Origin: the human T2T-CHM13v2.0 reference genome, Homo sapiens
Direction: 5' to 3' (one strand)
Length of the DNA stretch: 64,000 nucleotides
Assembly (NCBI RefSeq): GCF_009914755.1
Contig: NC_060943.1
The notes below the pieces were generated by a model. The model was not told where the DNA came from. It did not search any database and saw nothing but the letters and a program-made list of their open reading frames with translations. Of the stretch, positions 1-14,672 are shown one piece after another. The translations under genes were made by a program, and so were the position numbers. The number at the start of each line of letters is the position of its first letter. Within the stretch, counting starts at the first letter, position 1.

Positions 1-126
1 GACGAATATGCATAATTTATATGCAAATACTATGCTGTTTTATGTCAGGGACTTGAGCATCCACAGATTTTGGTATCTGCAGGGGTCCTGAAACTAATCC
101 TCCTTGGACACTAAGGGACAATTGTA
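1..126. mobile_element. Tigger/MER2-type DNA transposon end
   Basis: cagggacttgagcatccacagattttggtatctgcaggggtcctg...agggacaattgta resembles the TcMar-Tigger terminus. Confidence 0.6.
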
Positions 127-2655
127 TTCCTTGAGTTATCCAATAACTACTGCTCAGCAGTTGGTAATAAAAGTTCAGAGGCTGCATAGAATCTTCGTGG
201 CTTCTCTGATTTGACTCTGCAACACTGTTTCCTTTCATCTCCAGCAGAGCATGCCAGCTGCCCGGCAGGCATTCAAAATCCAGAATTGAAGGAAAGCATA
301 TCGTGTGATCATCTACTTCTTGGATTTGAGTCTTTCCCAGGTGTGGCCATTTCTGGATGGTGGAAGGAGATGTTCCTCCCTGGAGGTGACCCTCAGTCAC
401 ATTTATCCCTCATCCTTTCCTGTATCCTAAAAATAGCCAGGATGCTGGGAGCTGTTAAGGCTGCACTGAGGTATTTTTAGCCTTAGGATCCTGGAGTTGG
501 GGCCCAGCTGGGCTGAGCTGCAATGAAGGGGTGTCGGGGGGCAGGTGGCACCTCAGAGAGCCTTTGGAGTGGCCCAGTAATGTCTCAGTTCTGATTTCTG
601 ACTTAATCAATGGTGAAAATTGAGTTATGGGGGAAGAAGCAGAGGAAGGAGTGAAATGCAAAAATTCATTCATTCATTCAGTCAGTCAGTCAGTCAGTCA
701 GTCAGTGTCAGGCTCTGTTCTCAGCCCTGAGACTACAAGAACGACCAAAACAAAAATCTGTGCCCTGGAAATGAACAGGCAGAGTTCAGAATATCTACTT
801 GTATCAGAAAACAAGGAAAACGCCTTTAAAGACTAAAGGAGTGTTTTTGTCAGATGAACATGGGAACGAACTGAAAGAGGCTCTCCCTAGTCAAAATGGG
901 GACCATAACATTCTCTTCTGTTAGTCAAAAGCCTGTGTCATAAAAACCTTGCTTACAGATGTTCAACGTAATTTCTTACAGCTCCAATCAGGGCAATTAA
1001 ATAAGCAGACCGTCTAGGGGTTTCACATAACAAGAATAAATAGCTAAATGCCAGGGATGTTTGAAAAGCAAAATATGGTTCATTATTTCCCCTGGGAGAG
1101 TCGCACTGAGCCACGGATTAATCAAAATACGGAGCATAGCGCACTGAAAAGTATTCCATTACCAGGAAGCGTAATTTCTGACTTATTCTATTTTAGAATA
1201 GTAACAACTGCTAATTTCTGGGTCCTTTCTAGGTGCTAGGCATTATTTCATGGGCCCCAAGACCGTTGTCTAACTTGATTCTAGCCACAACTCAGCAAGG
1301 AGTATCCAGACCCTTTTTGTTTTTTGTTTTGTTTTGTTTTTTGAGATGGAATTTCACTCTTGTCGCCCAGGCTGGACTGCATTGGCTCATCTCGGCTCAT
1401 TGCAACCTCTGCCTCCTGGGTTCAAGCAATTCTCCTGCCTCAGCCTCCCAAGCAGCTGGGATTACAAGATTACAAGCATGTGCCACCACGCCTGGCTAAT
1501 TTTTTGTATTTTCAGCAGAGATGGGGTTTCACCACGTGGGCCAGGCTGGTCTCGAACTCCTGGCCTCAAGTGATCTGCCCGCCTCAGCCTCCCAAAGTGC
1601 TGGGATTACAGGCATGAGCCGCCGTGCCCGGCCAGAATATCCAGACCCTTTAAGCACATTTTAGCAAAGAAGAAAGAGGAGGAGGAAAAGAATAGAAGGA
1701 GCGGGAGGGAAAAGAATAGAAGGAGGAGGAGAGAAAAAGAGGGAAGAGGAAGTATTTTAGTAATAGTCATTTTTTTCCCTTTCAGCATGTGAATACATGT
1801 ATCAGTTAGAATTCAATTCTGCTGCATAGAAGAGAAAAATAATAGTGGCTTAAACAGGGCAGAGGTATATTTTTCTGCCATGTAGGTGTACCACAGTAGT
1901 TCAGTTCATGGCTGGCAAGGCAGCTCCACAATTATCAAGGACCTTAAGGCCTTCTAACTTTCTGCTCTGTCATCCTTGGCTTCCATCCTCAAGGTTGCCT
2001 CATGACCACAAAATGGCTGCGAGAGCACCAGCCATCATATCCATGTCCCAGACAATATTAAGAGGAAAGCGGCTAGGGCTAAAGGGTACACTTCTCAACT
2101 GAGCCATCATCATTAAAGAGTTTATTAAAAGCCTCATTCAGATATTCTAGGTATCCAGGATCCTGGAATTCCCTACTTAATTGAATCCATGCCCACATTC
2201 AGGACTTGCATGGGCCTTTTCCACAGGTCTATTATCAAAGTGGAATGCTGGCCCGACACAGTGGCTCATGCTTGTAATCCCAGCACTTTGGGAGGCTGAG
2301 GCAGAAAGAGTGTTTGAGGCCATGAGTTCAAACCCAGCCTGGGCAGCACAGCGAGACCCTGTTGCTACAAAAAATAAAAATAAAAAAAAAATACTAGGTG
2401 TGGTAATTAATGTAGTCCCAGCTACTCAGGAGGACTGCGTGAGTCCAGAAGTTCAAGGCTGTAATGAGCTATGATCAGACCACTGCACTCCAGCCTGGCC
2501 AACAGAATGAAACCCTGTCTCGAAATGAGGTTTTTTACCTGGGAGGCAGAGGTTGCAGTGAGCCGAGATTGCACCACTGCACTCCACCCAGACAACAGAG
2601 CAAGACTCCGTCTCAAAAAATAAAATAAAATAAAAGGAAAAGAAAAAAGAAATTT

Positions 2656-3022
2656 CAGGCAGACGAGGTCGCGGCGCCGGAGGCCCCAGAAGGGTCGAAG
2701 GCGCCGCGGGCTGGGGTCGGTGGCTTAGGGAGCCCGTCCGGCCATGGTGGCCGTGGCTGGTGGTTGGCGCGGCTGCGCTGCGGCCCGGGGCAGTGCGGAG
2801 CCGGGACAGTCGCGGCGCTGACGCCCGCGGGCCCCAGCTGCAGATATGAAGCGGAGCCGCTGCCGCGACCGACCGCAGCCGCCACCGCCCGACCGCCGGG
2901 AGGATGGATTTCAGCGGGCAGCGGAGCTGTCTCAGTCTTTGCCGCCGCGCCGGCGAGCGCCGCCCGGGAGGCAGCGGCTGGAGGAGCGGACGGGCCCCGC
3001 GGGGCCTGAGGGCAAGGAGCAG
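2656..3022 (+). pseudogene. MAST2: Retrotransposed copy of MAST2 exon 1 (5'UTR plus 59 codons) within SVA_F1
   Basis: ATG 2846 gives MKRSRCRDRPQPPPPDRREDG.QRAAELSQSLPPRRRAPPGRQRLEERTGPAGPEGKEQ, recognised as the MAST2 N-terminus. It ends GAGCAG at the splice junction with the SVA. Confidence 0.92.
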
Positions 3023-3069
3023 CCGCCTGCCTTGGCCTCCCAAAGTGCCGAGATTGCAGCCTCTGCCCG

Positions 3070-4240
3070 GCTGCCACCCCGTCTGGGAAGTGAGGAGTGT
3101 CTCTGCCTGGCCGCCCATCGTCTGGGATGTGAGGAGCCCCTCTGCCTGGCTGCCCAGTCTGGAAAGTGAGGAGCGTCTCCTCCCGGCCGCCATCCCATCT
3201 AGGAAGTGAGGAGCGCCTCTTCCCAGCCGCGATCACATCTAGGAAGTGAGGAGCGTCTCTGCCCGGCCGCCCATCGTCTGAGATGTGGGGAGCGCCTCTG
3301 CCCCGCCGCCCCATCTGGGATGTGAGGAGCGCCTCTGCCCGGCCGAGACCCCGTCTGGGAGGTGAGGAGCGTCTCTGCCCGGCCGCCCCGTCTGAGAAGT
3401 GAGGAGACCCTCTGCCTGGCAACCACCCCGTCTGAGAAGTGAGGAGCCCCTCCGCCCGGCAGCTGCCCCGTCTGAGAAGTGAGGAGCCTCTCCGCCCGGC
3501 AGCCACCCCATCTGGGAAGTGAGGAGCGTCTCCGCCCGGCAGCCACCCCGTCCGGGAGGGAGGTGGGGGGGGGTCAGCCCCCCGCCCGGCCAGCCGCCCC
3601 ATCCGGGAGGGAGGTGGGGGGTCAGCCCCCCCACCCGGCCAGCCGTGCCATCCGGGAGGGAGGTGGGGGGGTCAGCCCCCCGCCTGGCCAGCCGTGCCGT
3701 CCGGGAGGGAGGTGGGGGGGTCAGCCCCCCGCCCGGCCAGCCGCCCCGTCCGGGAGGTGAGGGGCGCCTCTGCCCGGCCGCCCCTACTGGGAAGTGAGGA
3801 GCCCCTCAGCCCGGCCAGCCACCCCGTCCGGGAGGGAGATGGGGGGGTCAGCCCCCCCACCCGGCCAGCCGCCCCGTCCGGGAGGGAGGTAGGGGGGTCA
3901 GCCCCCCACCTGGCCAGCCGCCCCGTCCGGGAGGGAGGTGGGGGGGTCAGCCCCCCGCCCGGCCAGCCGCCCTGTCCGGGAGGGAGGTGGGGGGGGGTCA
4001 GCCCTCCGCCCGGCCAGCCGCCCCGTCTGGGAGGTGAGGGGTGCCTCTGCCCGGCCGCCCCTACTGGGAAGTGAGGAGCCCCTCTGCCTGGCCAGCCGCC
4101 CCGTCCGGGAGGGAGGTGGGGGGGTCGGCCCCCCTGCCCGGCCAGCCGCCCCGTCCGGGAGGTGAGGGGCGCCTCTGCCCGGCCGCCCCTACTGGGAAGT
4201 GAGGAGCCCCTCTGCCCGGCCACCGCCCGGTCTGGGAGGT
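3070..4240 (+). repeat. SVA VNTR (~37-50 bp GC-rich units)
   Basis: Tandem units such as gaggagcgcctctgcccggccgccccgtctgggaagt and gggagggaggtgggggggtcagccccccgcccggccagccgccccgtcc. Confidence 0.95.
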
Positions 4241-6901
4241 GTGCCCAACAGCTCATTGAGAACGGGCCAGGATGACAATGGCGGCTTTGCGGAATAGAAA
4301 GGCGGGAAAGGTGGGGAAAAGATTGAGAAATCGGATGGTTGCCGTGTCTGTGTAGAAAGAAATAGACATGGGAGACTTTTCATTTTGTTCTGCACTAAGA
4401 AAAATTCCTCTGCCTTGGGATCCTGTTGATCTGTGACCTTACCCCCAACCCTGTGCTCTCTGAAACATGTGCTGTGTCCACTCAGGGTTAAATGGATTAA
4501 GGGCGGTGCAAGATGTGCTTTGTTAAACAGATGCTTGAAGGCAGCATGCTCGTTAAGAGTCATCACCAATCCCTAATCTCAAGTAATCAGGGACACAAAC
4601 ACTGCGGAAGGCCGCAGGGTCCTCTGCCTAGGAAAACCAGAGACCTTTGTTCACTTGTTTATCTGCTGACCTTCCCTCCACTATTGTCCCATGACCCTGC
4701 CAAATCCCCCTCTGTGAGAAACACCCAAGAATTATCAATAAAAAAATAAATTTAAAAAAAAAAAAAAAAACAAAAACAAAAACAAACAAAAAAAAAAGCC
4801 TCATTCAATAACTTCTGCTTACAGCTCATTGGGCCACTGCTATCTGCATTAAATTAGGAAATGTAGTCTTTTAGCTGAGCACATTGTTACCCCCAATAAA
4901 TATGAAGGTAGGGGTTCTGTTAAAAAGAAGAATAGAGCCAGGCACGGTGGCTCACACCTGTAATCCCAACACTTTGGGAGGCTGAGGCAGGACAATTGCT
5001 TAAGCCCAGGAGTTTTAGACCAGCCTGGGCAACATAGTAAGACCCCTTCTCTACAAAAAATAAAAACCAGCAGGGCATAGTGGTGCATACCTGTGATCCC
5101 AGCTACTCGGGAGGCTCAGGTGGGAGGATCACTGGAGCTGGGGAGATGAAAGCTGCAGTGAGCCAAGATCACGCCACTGTGCTCCAGCCTGGGTAACAGA
5201 GTGAGGCCCTGTCTCAAAAAGGAAGGAAGAAAGGAAGGAAGGAAGGAGGGAAGAAAGGGAGGGAGGGAGGGAGGGAGGGAGGGAAAGAAGAATGAAGATG
5301 AATACTGAGACTGCAATTAGCAGTCTCTGCCACAATAACCATGCTGCATTTTCCATCTGGTTTTTACTAATTGCACAGGAATTCTAGCCATGCCCCCTTG
5401 CCCTTACCTCTTCACAGTCTGCAAACCAGACTGCTTCCCAAGTGCCAAAACTGGGGTCTTTTGTTTGCTGTTGAGACCTGCTTTGCCACCTGTAGGCCAC
5501 AGAATGAATGCCCCTGAGAGCAGCTCTCAACTAGTAACTGACAAAAGTTGGTGGATAAATGCCCCAGCTCTCTCACCTTCCAATGAGGGACTTCAGCCTA
5601 CACCACACGGAACAGAAGAACTGCCCAGCTGAGCTCAGCCAACCATAGAGTCATGAGAAATCATCATCATTGTTCTCAGTCTCTGAGTTCTAGGACAGTT
5701 TGTTACTCAGCAATAGGTAACTGAAATGGGTGGAATGGGATAGAAATAAATCTTTGTTGCTTTAACGCCCCTAAAATTTAGCCTATCCTGACTGACTCAC
5801 CCTCATTGTATTCACCCTCTGCTGAAAGCCAGGGGTTTAAATCTCTGAGCAGGACATCACCCTCAAACAAATGTGGTTTACTTGGTCTTGTGGAAGACAC
5901 AGGATTTGCCAGCTATGTACGGTCAAGATCAATAGCAAGTCTAAATGGCTTTATGTAAAGGGAAACATGTTCTGTGGCTGGGTTTGGTGGCTCAAGCCTG
6001 TAATATCAACACTTTGGGAGGCCAAGGCAGGAGGATCGCTTGAACCCAGAAGTTCCAGACCAGCCTGAGTAACATGGTAAAACCCCGTCTGTACAAAAAA
6101 AAAAAAAAAAAAAAATTATTAGCCAGGGGTGTTGGTGCCCATCTGTAATCCCAATTCCTCAGGAGGCTGAGGCGGGAGGATTGCTTAAGCCCAGGAATTC
6201 AAGACTGCAGTGAGCCAGGATCGTGCCACTACATTCCAACCTAGGTGACAGAGTGAGACACTGCTCAAAGGAAAAAAAGAAAAGAAAAAGTGTTCTGCCC
6301 TTTTATTATGCTGGTGATATCCAAACATAATTATCTTGCCATATTCAAGGTCCTAAAAGGCAAGTCTCTCTCTACTTTCCAGTAGAAATAATAAGCCATG
6401 TGTTGGTGCTCACCTATATGTTCCCCTACATTTCCCAGAATCCCTTGCAGATGAGACAGACCCATATGACTCATTCTAGCCAATGGATTATCGCCACTGG
6501 GATGAGGCAGTTAAGAGCTGATACATTCCTCTGTCCTTCTCTTTCCTCCCTGAGGTGATTTTGGAAGCCTTGTGAGAGATGGTGCTGTTGCAAAATGGAG
6601 GAAGACTGGATCTCTGCATCACCGCTTGGAGGCGAGCCCCTGCTAACTAGCTTACAGGAATAAGAAACAAACTTGTGCTGTATAAAGCTACCGAAGTTTC
6701 TGATTTGTTTGTTATTGGTACTGAATATAGCCTTATGCTGTCTAGCAAGCATCATTTCTGGAAAAAGGATGAATTCTCAGGGAATCTTGCAAACATTACA
6801 TGTCATTATCCCCAGCTACAATTTGCATAATTCATTTTCTGAGGGGAACTCACAGAACTTAGCAAAGAACTACCAAAGATAGGTAGGCAGCACTTTGCTG
6901 A

Positions 6902-7096
<195 letters not shown>

Positions 7097-7611
7097 TAGA
7101 GACAGGGTTTCACCATGTTGCCCAGGCTGGTCTTGAACTCCTGGGCTCAAGTGATCCACTCACCTCAGCATCCCAAAATGCTGAGATTACAGGAGTGAGC
7201 CACCTTGCCTTGTGGAAAATTTATTTATTATGTGATGAATATCAAGCTTCTTTGTAAAGAGGATATAGCTAAGAGCCTCTCCTAGCAGTGATGTACATAA
7301 GTCACTCCGCCCATGTAAGACGCAGTTTCCCCATTTGGAAGGCTGGATGGAAAGGTCTCTGCAATCTATCCCCTCATCAAAAAAAATTTTTGGCCAAGCA
7401 AGGTGGCTCATGACTATAATCCCAGCACTTTGGGAGGCCAAGGCGAGAGGATCGCTTGGGGCCAGGAGTTAAAGACCAGCCTGAGTAACATAGTGAGACA
7501 CCCATCTCTACAAAAAAGAATGTTTTCATTAGCCCAGTGTGGCAGCGCATGCCTGTAGTCCCAGCTACTCAGGAGTCTGAGGAAGGAAGATCCCTTGAGT
7601 GCAGGAGTTCA

Positions 7612-8010
<399 letters not shown>

Positions 8011-8755
8011 TTAAAAAACACGCTAATTCTAGTTTCAGTCTGGATGATAATTTGGGGAAGAGAAGCAGAGAGGAAAATTTGGAATTAATTCCCTCCATGT
8101 GGCAACCCCTGAAGATCACAAAAAAGTTACAGTGAGAATGGGAGCAAGGATTCTAAAACTTCCCCACTCCTGGGGAACCTGCTGTCCTAAATTTAAACTT
8201 GGAAGAGATTTTGGCAACACCCTCCTGCCTCTTTCTGCCAACAAACTCACTGAAATTAACAAATGGCCTGTTTGCTTATGTTTGGTCTGTCCTTAGCGCA
8301 GAAACGGTTCTCTGCGCCCACAACTGATTATATCCAAATTTACTTCCAGTTTTTCCTCTCCTCTCCCCTGTTGGGTTGTGTCCTCAGTTTGAAAGGTCAC
8401 ATTCATCAAATTAGAACATGAAAGGTTGGCACACAGACATTTCGTGTGAATGCCTAAATGCCTGGAGCAGGATAAGAAGTTAAAAGAAAAAAAAAAACTT
8501 TTGCAAAAGAAAAATAATTATCATAACAGCTCAGGCACAGTCCTAGAGGTTTACATATATTAAATTTAGCAACATTGGACTTTTTTAACAGCCTGATTTT
8601 CTCTGCCGTGCATGATTTCCTTTGCCCAAACAAACCATTGCAACAAATTTGTAATGCATAGAAATGCAGCTATCGGCCGGGCACAGTGGCTCACCCCTGT
8701 ATTCCCAGCACTTTGGGAGGCCGAGGCGGGCAGATCACCTGAGGTCAGGAGTTCA

Positions 8756-9021
<266 letters not shown>

Positions 9022-9591
9022 CTAAAATGTAAAATGTGAGAAGTGGTGATCGAAAATAACAAAAACAAGCCAGATGCAGTGGCTCATACCTGTAATCCTG
9101 GCACTTTGGGAGGCCGAGGTGAGAGGATCACTTGAGCTCAGGAGTTCAAGACCACCCTGGGCAGAATAGGGAGGCCTCATCTCTACAAAAAATTTAAAAA
9201 TTAGCCGGGCATGATGGTGCACACCTGTGGTCCCAGCTACTTGGGAGACTGAGGTGGGAGGATCATTTGAGCCCCGGGGGGTCGAGGCTGCAGTGAGCCA
9301 TGATTGTACCACTGCACTGCTGCCCAGGCAACAGAGCAAGACCCCCGCCTTTAAAAGTAAATAAATAAAAGACTTGTTTTGGAATATCAAACTTTTAGAA
9401 CTTTTGGAGGATGTGACTTTGAAATATCTCAGTTTGACTTTGGGGTAGGTTTTCATTTCTTTCTTCCTTTCTGTGATATCCTATTTGGGTTCAAATTCCA
9501 TTCCTCAGCCTCTAGAATTCTCTCCATCCACAGATCTTACAATCTGCATGCCCCAGTCTTCTGGATTTTGACATCAACTTCATGGAACGCA

Positions 9592-10250
<659 letters not shown>

Positions 10251-10256
10251 TCCTAA

Positions 10257-10637
<381 letters not shown>

Positions 10638-10876
10638 TAGAAGATGAGGAAAGGCAGGGGAATGATCCCACGCTGAAAGAAGCTGAAGGGACCTCACAAC
10701 TAAATACAACCCATGACTCTGAATTGGACCTTTATGCCCTAAAGGACAATATTGGGGCTATTGGCAAATTATGAACAAGGTCTGGGCATTAGATGGTTGT
10801 ATTAGAGCAAATTTCTTCTCCTCGTTTTGACAATTGTTTAATGGTTTTGCAAAAGAATGCTCTTGGGTTTAGGAAA

Positions 10877-10963
10877 CAAACTCTGAAGTATTGAGGGACA
10901 AACTGAAGTATTGAGGGACAAACTCGGAAGTATTGAGGGACAAAACTCTGAAGTATTGAGGGA
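10877..10963. repeat. Minisatellite, 4 copies of ~21-24 bp caaact(ct)GAAGTATTGAGGGA, within an old L1M 3' end
   Basis: GAAGTATTGAGGGA appears four times in tandem. Confidence 0.9.
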
Positions 10964-10966
10964 TAA

Positions 10967-11333
<367 letters not shown>

Positions 11334-11342
11334 TGAAATTGA

Positions 11343-11741
<399 letters not shown>

Positions 11742-11953
11742 TAACTCTCAAAATATCTAATAATGTATGTGTATGTATATACATACATATCTGTGTGTAT
11801 ATCTGTAGAAAGAGACAGGCAGAAACAGATGAACCTACGTAGGAAACGTTACCGACTAAGGAGTGTAGGTGAAGGGTTTGTAGGTGTTCATTGTACTGTA
11901 ATTTTTCTACAGGTTTGAACATCTTCAAAACAAAATATTGAAAAAATAAGTCA

Positions 11954-12351
<398 letters not shown>

Positions 12352-13432
12352 CTAGTGAAACCCCGTCTCTACAAAGTACAAAAAATTAGCCAGGCGTGGT
12401 GGCCCATGCCTGTAATCCCAGCTACTTGGAGGCTGAGGCAGGAGAATTGGTTGAACCGTGGAGGCAGAGGTTGCAGTGAGCCAAGATCGCACCAGTGTAC
12501 TCCAGCCTGGGCGACAGAGCGAGACCCTGTCTCAAAAAAAAGAAAAGAAAAGAAGCCACCTAGTCTATCGCCTGTGTTTTGATTATTTCAAGCACGGACT
12601 CTGAGTATCAAAACATCCTCCTCCTGAGAGCCTAATGAAGGAAACAGAGGAAGATTTGAGAGTCTCAGGAACAACTTGGTTGCCACTTAGACGTTAACCC
12701 CAGATGCTCCCCATTTCCAACGATACCTGCAAGCGTGTTTTCAACAACATCGTGGAGTCCAGATTAAAGAGCTGTTTTCCTCCTCAAAAAGTAGAGACTC
12801 CTTCAAGATTTGCATGAGCCATTTAGGAGCCAGGGAACCTTGGGATAGATGTGAATCTTGGAATGTGGGTTGTTAGAATATTTTAAAGCTGGTGAGAAAA
12901 AAATTGAAGTAAAACAAGGATGTCCAGGCAGAGGCATCTGCAAGACAAATTAGCACCATCACCACCACCCCGCCCCCCTCCCCAACCCAGTCAACAAACA
13001 GGACAAGTAACACTTCTCTGCCCTCGTGGGAACAGATTGAGTGGAAGGAGTTGATGGGTGGGGAGGTGACGTTGCCAAAATCCCGAAATAGAGCTGTTCA
13101 AAACACCCTTTCACAGCATGTCAGACAAATGCCGGAGTGATTAAATGTTGAGTGGAGACTTTGAGAAGCTGAAAGAGGAGGGCAGAAACTAGGCATGAAA
13201 ACATACTCCTTTCATCTCCTTCCAAATCTGGGTCAGCACTCAACTGCGGCATCAGGACACTTTCTCAGCATCTGAGAAGCAACATCACCTAATCCAAGTC
13301 TGTCAGGGCGCCAAAATACTCTGGCTTCCGGTGATTAGCTGATTTGTGCAGTATGCATTCATGGAGTGCTTATGTTCCAAGCTCTGGAAAACACAGTAGC
13401 TTCTCCCAGTTCCTGCCATCGGGAGCTTGTAG

Positions 13433-13657
<225 letters not shown>

Positions 13658-14344
13658 TAGATCCACACTCTGTGTGCCGTGGGACTTTGCTGTTATTCTC
13701 ACCAAAAGCAGAACCCTTGCCTCTTGACTTTGGGCTGTTTGGGCTGTGGGACCAGCTTTGCTCAACAGGTAACCAGTTCCAAGCATCCCTCAAGAAGCCT
13801 CCCATGTCTCCACTTGGCTTATCTCTGTCATCATCATGAGGGAAGCTTCCTCCCAAGAATGATTATTCCTTTGGCCGAGGCCTCAGAATGAATACATGCC
13901 AGCCAGGCACAGTGGCTCACGCCTGTAATCCCAGCACTTTTGGAGGCCAAGGTGGGCGGATCGCCTGAGGTCAGGAGTGTCAGACCAGCCTGGCCAACAT
14001 GGAGAAACCCCATCTCTACAAAAAAAAAAAAAAAAAAAAAGTCGGGCGTGGTGGCAGGTGCCTGTAATCCCAGCTACTCAGGAGGCTGAGGCGGGAGAAC
14101 CACTTGAATCCAGGAGGCAGAGGTTGCAGTCAGCCGAGATCACACCACCGCACTCCAGCCTGGGCAGCAGAGTGAGACTATGTCTGAAAAAAAAAAAAAG
14201 AATGAATACATGCAGAATTGATCTAAACCCAACCTGCAGAGAGAGGCCAAAGCATGCATCAAAGCTGTCCAGCTGGTCCCCACCCACATCAGCCAAGTCC
14301 TCAGACATGTGGGCAAAAATAAATGATTGCTACTTTTGGAATAG

Positions 14345-14672
14345 CCATCACAATAGCCCATATGCTGGGCTGTCAAGCAAGTCTCAACAAATTTTGTAGA
14401 ACTGAGATCCTACAAAGTATGAGCACAGTGGAATTAAACTAGAAGTCAACAACAAAAAAGATAACTAGAAATTTACAATTGTTTGGAAATTTAACCACAC
14501 ATCCCTAAATAACTCCTAAGTCAGAGAAAAAAAAAATCACAGTGGAAATAAGAAAATATTTTGAACTGAATGCTAATGAACATACCTGAAAAAATGCTGT
14601 GGGATGCAGCTAAAGCAGTGCTGAGAGGAAAAGGCATAGCTTTGAATGCCTGTATGAAAAACGAAAAAAAGC
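14345..14672 (+). mobile_element. Old L1 ORF2 internal fragment
   Basis: Translates to LWDAAKAVLRGKGIALNA, close to the L1 ORF2p motif LWD.AKAVLRGKFIALNA. Flanked by A-rich L1 sequence. Confidence 0.85.

Larger units (their letters stand above)
2141..4793 (+). mobile_element. SVA_F1 (MAST2-SVA) insertion including 5' transduction, bounded by TSD AAAAGCCTCATTCA (2127-2140, 4794-4807)
   Basis: Order: MAST2 exon 1 (~2656-3022), truncated Alu-like domain from 3023, GC-rich VNTR (~3070-4240), SINE-R (~4241-4736), AATAAA 4737-4742, poly(A). No CCCTCT hexamer. The L1 endonuclease site TT|AAAA is at 2125-2130. Confidence 0.95.
1798..5334 (-). mobile_element. Old MaLR (MLT1-type) LTR interrupted by the SVA insertion and an AluJ
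   Basis: tgtatcagttag...tagtggcttaaac... continues across the TSD as ataacttctgcttac...cattgg and ends gcagtctctgccaca. Confidence 0.6.

Noticed and set aside
17-836. Short ORFs at the window start
   Set aside because: They overlap Tigger, MIR/L2-like and simple-repeat sequence, with no homology or exon structure evident.
2656-3022. A genuine MAST2 gene or paralogue
   Set aside because: Only exon 1 is present, fused to an SVA within a TSD. No kinase or PDZ exons occur in the window.
2453-4569. Long overlapping ORFs on both strands (246, 315, 194 aa and others)
   Set aside because: They come from the stop-poor, GC-rich SVA VNTR and the antisense MAST2 exon, giving low-complexity repetitive peptides.
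4741-4793. 3' transduction on the SVA_F1
   Set aside because: The SVA's own AATAAA and A-rich tail lead directly into the TSD with no extra sequence.
10877-10963. CRISPR-like array
   Set aside because: The repeats are adjacent with no unique spacers, there are no cas genes, and the DNA is human.
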